A DNA stretch of 63,816 bases, the filler included, from Candidatus Coatesbacteria bacterium (lineage in GTDB: Bacteria > JAFGND01): NCBI GenBank assembly GCA_016927185.1. It is 5 parts of 5 records of this genome, joined end to end, with 100 filler letters (N's around TTAATTAATTAA, not from the genome) between each part and the next. Parts side by side here need not be neighbours in the genome. Positions count along the whole stretch, not along the records: positions 1 to 26,197 come from JAFGND010000011.1; positions 26,298 to 36,688 come from JAFGND010000058.1; 3 more parts are not named here. One strand, given 5' to 3'. This document shows, piece by piece, positions 21,269 to 32,193 of the stretch. Within the stretch, counting starts at the first letter, position 1. The number at the start of each line of letters is the position of its first letter. A program made the translations under genes and the position numbers. The notes below the pieces were generated by a model, which saw nothing but the letters and a program-made list of their open reading frames with translations, ran no database searches and was not told where the DNA came from.

Positions 21269-23092
21269 ATGGGATTCCTCCAGCCACTCTATCTTTTTCT
21301 GGGGTTGCTGGTGACTATTCCAATTCTGCTTCACTTGTACAAACACAGGCAATACAGGACTTACTATTTTCCTTCATTATTTCTTCTTAGAAAAATAGAG
21401 GAGAAAGAAGTCAGGAAACTTAGGTTAAAAGACTTGCTTCAGCTCATAATCCGTATTGCAATTATTCTCTCATTTACCTTGTTTCTTGCGAAACCAACTT
21501 TCAAGGGATTTTTCCTGAGCAAACCAAGATTAAATCTTGTGATTATCCTGGATACTTCTTTCAGTATGAATACTTCTCTAGCAGATACTTCATACTGGGA
21601 TAGATTGATTCCAGCTCTTGGTAGAATTTCTACTGAAAGTGAAATAACTTTAATGACAGTTTCAGATACTACAGAGATTGTTCTGCCTGATGGTGTCTAT
21701 CCAGGGGATCAACTAAAAAAAACCATTGAAAATATAAAACCAGGATACGGAGGAACTTCACTTGGTCTTTCAATTGCTGAAGCAAACAGGATACTTGATA
21801 AAAAGAAATCACTCAATCCGTCTATATTGATAGTCTCTGACAAAAGAAGTAAGGATCTGGATACCTTTAAAAGAGATAACATATCTGCCAAAATATTCTT
21901 TATGAAAATCCCGGCAGAAACTAAAAATGCCTTTATTGAAAAAGTGAGCTGGGATGTTCCCCCTTCATTCAGGGGTGCTGCTTCAAAACTGAAAGTATCA
22001 GTTATCAATCCTCATAATGAAGTGTTGAAGTTGAAATGCTTCATTGGTGGAAACCTGATTTCAGAAGAAGGTATTCCCAAGGGAAATCATACGATTTTTT
22101 TCAAATTTAAGTCTCTAGAATCAAATTATTCTCAGAAAGGTCTTATTCAACTAATAGGATTGAGCAAGATATCAAGGGACAGTTACTACTTCATTTTCAA
22201 TCAGAATATTAACAACAGAATCTCTGTAATTGGAGATATTGATTATGGTGATCCCTTGCTGCTTGCCTTAAATCCGGGTGATGCTTCTCCATTCCAGACT
22301 CAAATCATATTACCAGAAAATATTCATGAGAAGCTTATCTCAGAAAGTGATGCATTTATTATTGGGAATGATGATTATTTGAAAATAAAATCCAGCTCCT
22401 CTCTGAAAAGCAAGCCTTATCTTATAATAGCATCTGACAAGCCTTTCGAATTTGATGGAATAAAGGATGAAGGTATTATTAATGCTAGTGGTTACTTCAT
22501 GGTAAATCCACACCTTCCTTCACTTTATGAAGATATCATTTTCAATACTGTTGAAATATATAAATCAAGAAAAATAACAGCTGATTCTAACTGGAAAACA
22601 CTTTTAAATCTGAATGATGCACCTCCATTGCTGCTTTACAGGGATAATATCTACCTTCTTAATACAAGTTATTTGAAATCATGGTCCAATTTCGTAAACA
22701 CTTCTACATTCCTTCCCTTAATCCATCAAACTCTTTATGCAATGCTTAATATAAATAAAAAGGAAAGACTGGTTGGGGAAAGAATCATCTGGATAGACGA
22801 TGAGAACCTGCTGGATCCTTATAACAAAATAGTTATTCCCTGTATAATAAAGGGCAAGGAAAAAACAAGTGAGAGAACCAAATATCCTGGATGGTATGAA
22901 TGTGGGAAAAAAATGTGGGCATACAATATTTCAGAATATGAACTGTCTTCTGGTATGATTGATCATCCTTTATTGCAGGATTTGTCTGATGCAGAAGCAA
23001 TAACTAAAGCATCAAAGTTTGAAATCTCCTGGTATCTGCTTTTCCTGGCAGGTTTTCTTATCCTTGTAGAACTTGGAATATCTATATTATAG
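21269..23092 (+). CDS. BatA-domain/VWA membrane protein
   Basis: N-terminal PILLHL..FPSL.LL BatA motif, DTSFSM MIDAS, C-terminal TM. Confidence 0.82.
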   Translation: MGFLQPLYLFLGLLVTIPILLHLYKHRQYRTYYFPSLFLLRKIEEKEVRKLRLKDLLQLIIRIAIILSFTLFLAKPTFKGFFLSKPRLNLVIILDTSFSMNTSLADTSYWDRLIPALGRISTESEITLMTVSDTTEIVLPDGVYPGDQLKKTIENIKPGYGGTSLGLSIAEANRILDKKKSLNPSILIVSDKRSKDLDTFKRDNISAKIFFMKIPAETKNAFIEKVSWDVPPSFRGAASKLKVSVINPHNEVLKLKCFIGGNLISEEGIPKGNHTIFFKFKSLESNYSQKGLIQLIGLSKISRDSYYFIFNQNINNRISVIGDIDYGDPLLLALNPGDASPFQTQIILPENIHEKLISESDAFIIGNDDYLKIKSSSSLKSKPYLIIASDKPFEFDGIKDEGIINASGYFMVNPHLPSLYEDIIFNTVEIYKSRKITADSNWKTLLNLNDAPPLLLYRDNIYLLNTSYLKSWSNFVNTSTFLPLIHQTLYAMLNINKKERLVGERIIWIDDENLLDPYNKIVIPCIIKGKEKTSERTKYPGWYECGKKMWAYNISEYELSSGMIDHPLLQDLSDAEAITKASKFEISWYLLFLAGFLILVELGISIL

Positions 23093-23096
23093 AAAA

Positions 23097-23116
23097 GTGC
23101 AGGAATTAACCTGCAC
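23097..23116 (-). terminator. Intrinsic terminator hairpin between convergent genes
   Basis: GTGCAGG-AATTAA-CCTGCAC perfect 7-bp stem; TTTTCT follows on the minus strand right after the malic enzyme stop. Confidence 0.65.
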
Positions 23117-23122
23117 CTGTTC

Positions 23123-24589
23123 TTATTTCTTGACCGCGTTGATTGCTTCCTGGATTGCCTCCTGGATCATTTCCAATGGAGGATCCTTTATCCAGCCTGT
23201 ATTCATAAGATGCTGGGTTATTCCGCGAGCTTCTTCTATATCCTTTTTCGCAATATCAAACATTTCCTGGTGAGTCAGATTACATCTTGCAACACCATCT
23301 TTTATTGCCTGCAAGCCTACATCAGCAGCTTCCTGCGGAAATACAGCTGCTTCATCCATTGTTGGAATAATATAATCGGGACTCAACTTCCTTGAACCTT
23401 GTACCTCTGCATAATCTGCTAGAGAATGTGCAGCTGCTATTGCCATATTGTCTGTTATTTTCTTTGCACGGGTAATCAATGCACCTTTCAATATTCCCGG
23501 GAAACCAAGTGAGTTGTTAACCTGATTCGGGAAATCTCCCCTACCAGTTGCAACAATATATGCACCTGCTTCTTTTGCAGCGTATGGATAGATTTCAGGC
23601 ACTGGATTTGCGCAGGCAAAAACAATAGACTTATCCGCCATTGAGGACACCCATTCAGGTTTGATAACCCCAGGTCCTGGAGTGGATAATGTAATCAGTA
23701 CGTCAGCACCTTTCATTGCATCCTCTATCCTGGTTACTTTTCCAGGATTTGTTTTTGCACACAATTCCCATTTCCTGTAAAACTTGGGATTACTCTTTAT
23801 ATCCTCCCTGTCTTTATGCAGACCACCTTTTCTATCAACTAGAATCATTTTTTCTGGATCAACTCCAGCTGCAATAATAAGCCTTGCAATTGTAGTATTG
23901 CTTGCGCCTGCTCCAAACATTGCTATTCTTACTTCTGACATTTTCTTGCCTGCAATTTTCAATGCATTTATCAAGCCGGCAAGTGTTACACAACCTGTTC
24001 CCTGAGCATCATCGTGCCAGACCGGGATTTCACATTCCTCTCTCAAGGTATCAAGAACCTTATAACAATTTGGCTGAGAAATATCTTCAAGATTTATAGC
24101 TCCGAAACTTGGTTCGCACATTTTTACGAATTCTATTATCTTGTCGGGATCCTTTTCTCCCTTGCTATTTGTGCTGTTTATACATAAAGCAACTGCATCT
24201 ACTCCGCCAAGATACTTCATCAAAAAAGCTTTACCTTCCATGACACCCAGTCCACCCGGAGGAGTGCAATCTCCATCTCCCAGTACTCTTGTAGAATCTG
24301 ATACAACACCAACAAAATTGCTGCGATTTGATAAATCGAATGATGTATCATTATTGTCCCTTATGGTTGTTGAGACAACAGAAACACCTGGAGTATACCA
24401 TACATTAAACCAGTTGAAACCCCATACTCCAGCTTTTGGTACTGTATGAACCTTTCCTCGGTAGAATTTATGCATCCTTTTTGCCAGTGCTTTCAAGAGA
24501 GCTGTCTTCCCTTTTGCAATTTGCTCCTGAGTGAAATCGGCTGGAAACAATGATGCCAAATCCGTCAGTTTCATATCGAATTTTTCCAC
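23123..24589 (-). CDS. NAD(P)-dependent malic enzyme
   Basis: YTPGV, VMEGKA, INLEDI, HDDAQGT, GAGAS, ANPVPEI, TGRGDFPNQVNN. Confidence 0.93.
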   Translation of the reverse strand: MEKFDMKLTDLASLFPADFTQEQIAKGKTALLKALAKRMHKFYRGKVHTVPKAGVWGFNWFNVWYTPGVSVVSTTIRDNNDTSFDLSNRSNFVGVVSDSTRVLGDGDCTPPGGLGVMEGKAFLMKYLGGVDAVALCINSTNSKGEKDPDKIIEFVKMCEPSFGAINLEDISQPNCYKVLDTLREECEIPVWHDDAQGTGCVTLAGLINALKIAGKKMSEVRIAMFGAGASNTTIARLIIAAGVDPEKMILVDRKGGLHKDREDIKSNPKFYRKWELCAKTNPGKVTRIEDAMKGADVLITLSTPGPGVIKPEWVSSMADKSIVFACANPVPEIYPYAAKEAGAYIVATGRGDFPNQVNNSLGFPGILKGALITRAKKITDNMAIAAAHSLADYAEVQGSRKLSPDYIIPTMDEAAVFPQEAADVGLQAIKDGVARCNLTHQEMFDIAKKDIEEARGITQHLMNTGWIKDPPLEMIQEAIQEAINAVKK

Positions 24590-25048
24590 TACAAACCTCC
24601 CTCAAGGTTATAGATTAAATAAAGTATTACTGTTATTACTTTTGCTTTGTCTCCCATACAAAATGACAAAAAGCGAAGTCTGGCATATACTGTCAATGGA
24701 AAAAAATAAAACCTTGGAAAAACATTGTTTCAAAAGGCTTTCTTGAAGAGTCCATATAAGGGAATTTAAAATTAACCAATATGTACATCCTAAAAGCAAA
24801 TTGCTTCATTTTAATCTCCAAATAAAACCACTTTGAAGAATCTGTTTGACTTTATTAATCAAAGACTCTCTGAAATTAAAGTAAATTTAGCTGAAGGCTA
24901 ATCAATGAAACAGTTTGTATTTTTAGTTATTAATCAGCTCAAAATATAAATGATATGAATTGACTATAAGAAAGCCTTGCTATTCTCGATAAAAAAAACT
25001 TTACAATATAAATAATAAATTATTAAGCGGCTTTACTAAGGAGGAAAC

Positions 25049-25960
25049 ATGAACAAGTCAAGAAGGGACTTTATAAAGAAAACCGCATTAAGTTATGCAT
25101 TGCTGTCAGGTATACCAATATTGAAGATAGATGACATGTTTCAGGAGAATTCTGATAATGCAGATCTCTCTATCATAGTTGGCAAAGACCCTTTTCATTC
25201 AACAAAAAAAGCAATCGAGATAATAGGAGGTATCAGGAAATTCATTTCAAAAGGAGACAAGGTTGTAATAAAACCGAATATTGGCTGGGCAAGAACTCCT
25301 GAACAAGCAGCAGATACAAATCCATTTGTTATAAAAGCTATTATAGAACTATGCCAGGAAGCTGGTGCTGCCTCTATTACTGTTACTGATAGATCCTGTC
25401 AGGCAGCAGCAATTTGCTTCTCAAAATCTGGAATTGAAGACATTGCAAAAAAAGCTGGTGCGAATGTTCTTATTCCTTCAGCCTCCAATTTCGTAAATGT
25501 TAATCTCAAGGGATCCAATATAAAGGAAGCATCGGTTCTTAAAACTCTTATAGAGGCAGATAAACTGATAAATGTTCCTATTGCAAAACATCATTCACTT
25601 ACAAAACTCACCCTTGGAATGAAGAACTGGTTTGGTGGAATGGGAGGCCAAAGAGGAACTTATCACAAAAATATACACGCTTCTATTGCTGATATGGCAG
25701 CATTTTTCCGTCCCCACCTTACAGTAATAGATGGATACAGAATACTTTTAAGAAATGGACCTATAGGAGGAAATCTTGCTGATGTGGAATTGAAAAGTAC
25801 AATAATTGCTGGCACTGATCCGATAGCAGCTGATACTCTGGCATCTCAGCTTTTTGGAATTTCCGAGAAAAACATCCCTCATATCATGATTGGAGAAAAG
25901 AAGGGATTGGGAACTACAAATATAAACAGTTTGAAGATAGTTAAAGTATCTCTTACTTAA
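25049..25960 (+). CDS. DUF362 domain protein with Tat signal
   Basis: SRRDFIK Tat motif; VVIKPN, NVPIAKHH, TLGMKN, DPIAAD; AAGGAGG RBS. Confidence 0.87.
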   Translation: MNKSRRDFIKKTALSYALLSGIPILKIDDMFQENSDNADLSIIVGKDPFHSTKKAIEIIGGIRKFISKGDKVVIKPNIGWARTPEQAADTNPFVIKAIIELCQEAGAASITVTDRSCQAAAICFSKSGIEDIAKKAGANVLIPSASNFVNVNLKGSNIKEASVLKTLIEADKLINVPIAKHHSLTKLTLGMKNWFGGMGGQRGTYHKNIHASIADMAAFFRPHLTVIDGYRILLRNGPIGGNLADVELKSTIIAGTDPIAADTLASQLFGISEKNIPHIMIGEKKGLGTTNINSLKIVKVSLT

Positions 25961-25965
25961 AAAAT

Positions 25966-26197
25966 ATGGATGAATTCAAAATAATTGAAAATATTAAAAC
26001 TCAGGCAGAACAGCTGCCTCAAAATCTTATATTAAGTATAGGAGATGATGCTGCATTATTTCAGGGTTCTGATAATTTTACTTATATGATAACAACTGAT
26101 ACTTTCAATCAATTCGTTCATTTCGATTTCATATATCAGAAACCTAAGGACATAGGTTTCAAGTCAGTAGTTGCCTCTTTATCAGATATTGCTGCAA
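25966..26197 (+). CDS. thiL: Thiamine-phosphate kinase, 5' part (cut by contig end)
   Basis: MDEFKII, IGDDAA, TTD...VHF, G.K.V..SLSDIAA. Confidence 0.88.
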
Positions 26198-26297
26198 NNN
26201 NNNNNNNNNNNNNNNNNNNNNNNNNNNNNNNNNNNNNNNNNTTAATTAATTAANNNNNNNNNNNNNNNNNNNNNNNNNNNNNNNNNNNNNNNNNNNN
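26198..26297. other. Artificial contig-joining linker
   Basis: 44 N + TTAATTAATTAA (stops in all six frames) + 44 N. Confidence 0.97.
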
Positions 26298-26342
26298 AAA
26301 TAGATTGTCAAGGATTTTTATTCTCTTTTTTAATCTAGCCCC
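26298..26342 (-). repeat. 45-bp repeat, exact reverse complement of 51897-51941; probable end of a multicopy element
   Basis: GGGGCTAGATTAAAAAAGAGAATAAAAATCCTTGACAATCTATTT at two contig ends. Confidence 0.8.
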
Positions 26343-26594
26343 TAGACATGATGGACTCTAACTCTAAATGATAAGCAGTCTAATAGTCATCAATGATTTT
26401 TGAAATGCTTTCACATAAAAGACGTATTAATTCTTGATTCTTTATTCATTATCTCTCTTACTTTTTCATAAAGCATATCAAATCAGAATCAGGTGATATG
26501 AAACAAGTTATAATTTCGTCCAGCCGGGGGCAACTCTAACAAAAGCAGATTAAGTTAAGAATTCCAAGTATTTAGCATAATTTTAGGTAAATAA

Positions 26595-28499
26595 TCAAAG
26601 TTTTGTAATCCTGAGAATTCCCTTCTTTGTCTTTATAATATATAATCCAGAAGCCCAATCAGATGTATCCAGATTATATGTTCCCCTTCCAATCTTTCTT
26701 ATCAATCTACCAGTTATTGAATAAAATGACATTTCTTCAGAAGTTTCTATAGATAGTCTGCTGCTGAAAGGATTCGGATATAGAATTAACTTAAGAGGAG
26801 TTTTAACTGCACAAATATTTGTGAAATATTCATAAGGAGGAATAATTGAAAACCACTTGTCACTTCCATCTATAACCTCATCATATTTCAAACTTGATAT
26901 TTTTATAATGCATCTATTTGATCCATATTCGCGAGGAACAGTCCATGAGAAAGAACCACAGTTAGAGATTTTTGTTATTTCATTCCAGTTTGCTCCATTA
27001 TCAATAGTATATTCTATTTTAACACTATCGCTGATATTTGTTATATAATCCCACTTTATATCATAAGTATTTTCCCAAACCCATCTCTCTCCTCCATTTG
27101 GAGCAGTTATAATGATCTTTGCCCTGTGAATACTGAACGGGTAATCATTGGAGTCACCAATATTTCTTTTAAGGTTCTCCACTCTTACAAAGCATGAATC
27201 AGAACAAATTCCTTCAGGTATCTTCCATGTTGTCTTTCCAGTATTCTTGATTTTCTTTATGAAATTGAAATCTTTCTTGTTGTTTATTGAATATAACAGG
27301 TTTACAGAATCTATGTTTTCTGATGTCCATTCTATGTCAATCGTTTCTCCAGAAACAAATAATTCACCTCCTGAAGGTTTTTCGACTTTTATGTATCCAT
27401 CAACAGCCTGTAATGCATATATCCTTCCCCTCTTGTTACAGACATATACAATATCATTAAGAAATGCCGGGGAAGTAGCTTCAATGCTATCCAGGCATTC
27501 ACTAATCCACTTCAGATTGCCAGTTTCAGGATCTAGGCAATATAAATAGCCTGATGAACAATTTATATAAAGATTATTGTTGCCAATACAGCCTTGAGAT
27601 AAAACCTCTCCAGCTGTAGTGAAATTCCAGATATCTGATCCATCATTTTCATTGATTGCACAGAACTGCTTTTGTTTCCCTCCACTCAAGAGTATCTTGC
27701 TATTATAAGCTATCGGGGATGTTTCATATTCGCTATTAAAACTCTTTTTCCAGATCAATGAAAAATCAGAATCAAGGATTGCATAGATTGTTTTGCCACT
27801 ATTAGTAAAAACCATGTTCTTATCAACACATGGTATTGCATCAAGATTTGCGTCATTCTCATTTATGCTGAAAGTCCTGATGATTGATCCATCAAACGGA
27901 TTTATCAAGTATAATATATTATTAGATCCTGTCACAATATTACCATTGCATTCAACAGGAGAAGATCTTGATGTCTTTATGCTTGTTTTCCATTTGATCA
28001 AACCGTTTTCTCTTGATAATGCTATTATAATTTGAGAATAATATTCTGAACTATTACAATAAATATTTCCATAACAAACCAATGGTATAGAGTAACCATT
28101 GTTACCTTGATAAGTCCATATTTCATTTCCCTTTTCTATTCCAATTGCTATTAGTTTTCCATAATCATAGTAGTTTCCACCTGTTGTACAGTATAAAACA
28201 GAATCAGATATTGCAGGTTTCTTAAAACCATAATAGGAGCTCTTATATGTCCAGGTTAATCCTCCTGTATATGCATTTATGGAAGAAAGAAAGCCTTCAC
28301 CACCGTATTCATAAGAGTTTTCATACCATTTGAAATAGTATGCTCCGAAATAGACATTATCAAGATAAATGCATGGAGAGGAATCATAGTTTGTTTCTGC
28401 TTCCTCATGCTTGTAACTCCAGATAATATCACCCTTTTTTGCATTCAGGAAAGCAAATGAAAGCATTATTATAATAAAAAGGAAATTTTTCTTGTTCAT
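26595..28499 (-). CDS. Secreted PQQ-like beta-propeller protein with two Ig-like repeats and T9SS-type C-terminal sorting domain
   Basis: Signal peptide; A..G..W propeller repeats; PSGGE/PNGGE repeats; C-terminal YPNPF...GLYII..K. Confidence 0.85.
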   Translation of the reverse strand: MNKKNFLFIIIMLSFAFLNAKKGDIIWSYKHEEAETNYDSSPCIYLDNVYFGAYYFKWYENSYEYGGEGFLSSINAYTGGLTWTYKSSYYGFKKPAISDSVLYCTTGGNYYDYGKLIAIGIEKGNEIWTYQGNNGYSIPLVCYGNIYCNSSEYYSQIIIALSRENGLIKWKTSIKTSRSSPVECNGNIVTGSNNILYLINPFDGSIIRTFSINENDANLDAIPCVDKNMVFTNSGKTIYAILDSDFSLIWKKSFNSEYETSPIAYNSKILLSGGKQKQFCAINENDGSDIWNFTTAGEVLSQGCIGNNNLYINCSSGYLYCLDPETGNLKWISECLDSIEATSPAFLNDIVYVCNKRGRIYALQAVDGYIKVEKPSGGELFVSGETIDIEWTSENIDSVNLLYSINNKKDFNFIKKIKNTGKTTWKIPEGICSDSCFVRVENLKRNIGDSNDYPFSIHRAKIIITAPNGGERWVWENTYDIKWDYITNISDSVKIEYTIDNGANWNEITKISNCGSFSWTVPREYGSNRCIIKISSLKYDEVIDGSDKWFSIIPPYEYFTNICAVKTPLKLILYPNPFSSRLSIETSEEMSFYSITGRLIRKIGRGTYNLDTSDWASGLYIIKTKKGILRITKL

Positions 28500-28501
28500 T
28501 G

Positions 28502-30118
28502 CTACTCCTTTTCACCAATATTTACTAATTTCTTCACAACTCCTGCTTTTTTCAGCTTAGCTATATATATACCTGGAGTCTCCTGAAACCAGGTTATATA
28601 GTTTGTTCCTGTTTTCAGACTATGATGGAATACTCTTTTTCCTGATGCATTGAATATTTCTATAGTATCTTCTGAAGGAGTAGTGATTTTCAAGCTGGTT
28701 TTTCCTCGTGCAGGATTTGGATAAAAGTTGAAACTGAATCTGGTATTAGTATTGCTTTTCTTGTCGTATTTTTTCGTGACACAGATATTATTATAATCCC
28801 AACTATGAGTATCTGTACCTTTTATTATGCAATGACCTCCACTTCCGTAACTATAATCATAGCCATGATACCTGCCACGCCAGGAATAGCCTTCATAATG
28901 ATATGTATTACAAAGTATCCTGCCATCTGGAATTATTACAGGCTGACCTCTCATATAGGTACATTCACTAATCCACTCTTCTCCAGCTGATCCCTCGCTA
29001 TGGTACTCGTATTCATATTCCCAAAAACCTTCTCCATACTTCCATCTTTTACTATCAAAACATTTTATCTTACTTTTGTACATATCATTAGAGATAATAT
29101 AAATCTTGTTAGCCCCATCTATAGTCAATGGGAATCCATCATTAGAACATGAATTAACCCAGAGAAGATTTCCATCAGGTGAGAATGCTTTCAATGAACT
29201 AGATGTAGTTGCAAAAATTGTTCCGTCTTTTCCCTCTGCAGGTGCAGCATTCCCTTCATTACTAACCTTCCAGTATATACTTCCATCTTCTGGATTGAAA
29301 GCATAAAGATTTTCCTCGTCATTAACTATGATTTTGTCATGCATTGAAATCATTGGAGCTTGATTTGCGATTTTAAGGACAGGTTTTTCAAAAAAAGTGA
29401 TTTTCACTGGATTTTTCCAGCATATAGCTCCTTCAGTATTTAGTTTGAATAAATGTCTTTCAGTCAACACATAAGCATTTTCATTTTCATCAATTGCTGC
29501 ATTAGAACCGTATGTTCCACAATCAAGATATATAGACCACTTCAAGAGATCATTCTTGCGATTTGCAGCGAGATATAAAGACTTGTCAGGATCATTTTCA
29601 TCCCTGTGGGTAACAAAAAGATGCTTTTTCCCTAGACTTAAAGGTCCATAATAGGGACCTATATACATTGAATACAATCTTAATGAATCATTCTCTATAA
29701 GCTCAGCAGCACATAAGAAACTCTCATTCAATTCATTTGTAACAGTGAAATAGATTAAATCATCTTCATCGACACATACATTCGACATTTGAAGTCGTTC
29801 ATCATAATCATAAAATTTATTCCTGAAAAAGCCTTTATACTTATTATCATTCATATTATAAAGCGAGATTGAGCTCCCTGTTGATGAATTATTCCAGTAC
29901 CATGAATATTCAATCATGTAGTTTTTGTTATTGATATTTGCAAGTGCACTGAATCCAGGCGAATAATGCTTGTTTTCTGAATGAGTAATATCATCATTGG
30001 GGATTCTGCCAATTATGTCTGTCCTGTTTGTATGCCTTGCATCATGTCCCCATTGTGGCCATGGATGAGAATTGGAAAAGGTTGAATATAACAAAAAGAA
30101 AAAAAGAAGAATTTTCAT
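28502..30118 (-). CDS. Secreted beta-propeller protein with T9SS-type C-terminal sorting domain
   Basis: Signal peptide; WPQWGHDARHT, AF.PDG..W repeats; YPNP...IFN.SG...PGIYI CTD. Confidence 0.82.
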   Translation of the reverse strand: MKILLFFFLLYSTFSNSHPWPQWGHDARHTNRTDIIGRIPNDDITHSENKHYSPGFSALANINNKNYMIEYSWYWNNSSTGSSISLYNMNDNKYKGFFRNKFYDYDERLQMSNVCVDEDDLIYFTVTNELNESFLCAAELIENDSLRLYSMYIGPYYGPLSLGKKHLFVTHRDENDPDKSLYLAANRKNDLLKWSIYLDCGTYGSNAAIDENENAYVLTERHLFKLNTEGAICWKNPVKITFFEKPVLKIANQAPMISMHDKIIVNDEENLYAFNPEDGSIYWKVSNEGNAAPAEGKDGTIFATTSSSLKAFSPDGNLLWVNSCSNDGFPLTIDGANKIYIISNDMYKSKIKCFDSKRWKYGEGFWEYEYEYHSEGSAGEEWISECTYMRGQPVIIPDGRILCNTYHYEGYSWRGRYHGYDYSYGSGGHCIIKGTDTHSWDYNNICVTKKYDKKSNTNTRFSFNFYPNPARGKTSLKITTPSEDTIEIFNASGKRVFHHSLKTGTNYITWFQETPGIYIAKLKKAGVVKKLVNIGEKE

Positions 30119-30303
30119 ATATTGTCTCCCCCTATTCTACTATTATTATATTATCATAGTATTGCTTTGCACCTTTTTATTTTTTCTGTCAAGGCATTTT
30201 TCGAATATCTCATACAAATTGCTTACATAAAAGTCAAGCAGAGATTTATCTATTGCTTTCTTATCCTTGATAATTTATTCTACATTATGGAAAAACAGAA
30301 TAA

Positions 30304-31821
30304 TTAATCTTTCAGATCCCATACATAAACAGGCTTGCATGGCATCCCGGTAAACATTCTCGGGGGATCTTTCACCGTTCCAGTTGTCTTGTATTTCTCT
30401 TTTATGAAATAGGCTACTCTTCCAGCAGGCAAATAATCGAATATCAATATCCTGTAATTTCCGCTTTCAATAGCTTTCTCGAATTCATCAGTTACTGAGG
30501 ATTTGCTGCCCGGTTTCAGTATTACGCTTGTTATAAAACTCATTTGATGAATAGTAACTTCACCACCATAATATCTTGACCAGAAACCATGGCAAGGCAT
30601 GAATACTTTTCCTTTCGATGATGATTCAACAAATCTGCTTTTGAAATTCTTCAGATTCACAAGATCCCTCTCTTTCGGAATTGCCATGGATGGTGATTTC
30701 AACAAGAGTATTATCTGGGCAAAGAGAAGAATCTCACATCCCAGTTTCCCTAAAATTCTCTCATCGTCTTTCAATCCGCTCAATAGAACTGTCAAGCAAA
30801 GTGGAAGAAAGACAAACAATGTAATAAGTGAGTTGTTGTAACCCCCATAATGAAGCCTGCTGTAGAATGAGATTAATAATGAGAATAATGCTATTATGGC
30901 AATATACAAAGAGGTTTTGTTCAATGACAGCATCTTCCTCATTCCCGAAAAAATAAGCATTATTATTAGAAGTAGAGCAGGAATAAGCCTGTAACCAAGA
31001 TCCTCCATGAAGAAAATCCTTACATGATCCATTCTTAACTCATGCATGGAAGGGAGAACAAACAGGTAATAAGTACTCCAGCCCTCTGAATTATAATGCA
31101 GAATTACAAAGATCAGCAATGAAAGCAGAATGAATGATAAGAAGAAATAAAGTGATTTTCTGTATTCCTTTGATAAAATTAACAATAATGGCAAGACTAG
31201 ACATAATGGCAACATATTTTGCTTTGTGAAAACAGTTATGGCAGACAAAAAACCTGACAAAATCAGCATGTATGGACTATTTCCTTCTGTTAAAAGATAA
31301 AGAGATATGATAAGTAGCGCATGAGCCAGCATATCTACTCTTGCAAGATCAAACCACCAGCCGCAAATATAATATGATGCAAGGAAGAATCCTGATGTGG
31401 ACAGAGAATAAATTTTATTACTGGTGATTTTTTGTGTAATCAGGAACAAGAATAATGCAATAATAAGTGTCGAGAAAATAGAGATAAGTCTTGCTGAAAA
31501 ATATCCCGGGGAAAAGATTTTCCATAGAAAATAAACAAAGTAATAATAAACTGGAGGGTAAATATTGGATATAAAACCAGGTGAAGGTTTCGTATAGACA
31601 GGCAATCCATCATGGATTCTCCAGACATTGTCAAGTACTAATCCCTCGTTCCATTCAAGATCAAAGTCATAATTTATTCTAGAAAAAGCGACATATAAAA
31701 ACAGGATTGAAGCAGCAATGGATGACAAGACCATGAACAATTTTGCTGGATTTTTATATGAATATGAAAGAAAATCAACAATCCCTTGTTTGATATTGCT
31801 ATAGGAAATCTGGAAGTTCAT
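30304..31821 (-). CDS. ArnT/GT39-like (GT-C) membrane glycosyltransferase
   Basis: Many TM helices; EG, YPP.Y, AR.D, TKQ motifs. Confidence 0.75.
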   Translation of the reverse strand: MNFQISYSNIKQGIVDFLSYSYKNPAKLFMVLSSIAASILFLYVAFSRINYDFDLEWNEGLVLDNVWRIHDGLPVYTKPSPGFISNIYPPVYYYFVYFLWKIFSPGYFSARLISIFSTLIIALFLFLITQKITSNKIYSLSTSGFFLASYYICGWWFDLARVDMLAHALLIISLYLLTEGNSPYMLILSGFLSAITVFTKQNMLPLCLVLPLLLILSKEYRKSLYFFLSFILLSLLIFVILHYNSEGWSTYYLFVLPSMHELRMDHVRIFFMEDLGYRLIPALLLIIMLIFSGMRKMLSLNKTSLYIAIIALFSLLISFYSRLHYGGYNNSLITLFVFLPLCLTVLLSGLKDDERILGKLGCEILLFAQIILLLKSPSMAIPKERDLVNLKNFKSRFVESSSKGKVFMPCHGFWSRYYGGEVTIHQMSFITSVILKPGSKSSVTDEFEKAIESGNYRILIFDYLPAGRVAYFIKEKYKTTGTVKDPPRMFTGMPCKPVYVWDLKD

Positions 31822-32193
31822 TTATACTGTTTTGTGTGCATAGGAACCGATTAAAGGAATCTCCCATTCCTCATAAGCATAAGCTTTCAGCATGGTATAT
31901 ATTGATAAAACCATGTATATGAACCCTATGAAACTGAACAAGAAACCGAAAGTTGATGCAAGGAGCTCAGATATAGAAGCCAGTATTAAGTGTATTATCC
32001 AGCAAACAACATTTATGATCAGGAAAAGACCTGTCAGATATAATGATTGAATAGCATGAAAACGTATGAAATTGTTGAATTTCTCTGATTTCAGGAGAAC
32101 GACACAAAACACAATATTAAAACAAACTGGCAAGTAGCAAATAAGAGCAGCAAGATTCTCATCCAGATTACCAATGCTTATCTTACCCTTCAT
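31822..32193 (-). CDS. DUF4870-like small membrane protein
   Basis: ENLAALICY, FIRFHAIQS, IPLIG. Confidence 0.8.
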   Translation of the reverse strand: MKGKISIGNLDENLAALICYLPVCFNIVFCVVLLKSEKFNNFIRFHAIQSLYLTGLFLIINVVCWIIHLILASISELLASTFGFLFSFIGFIYMVLSIYTMLKAYAYEEWEIPLIGSYAHKTV

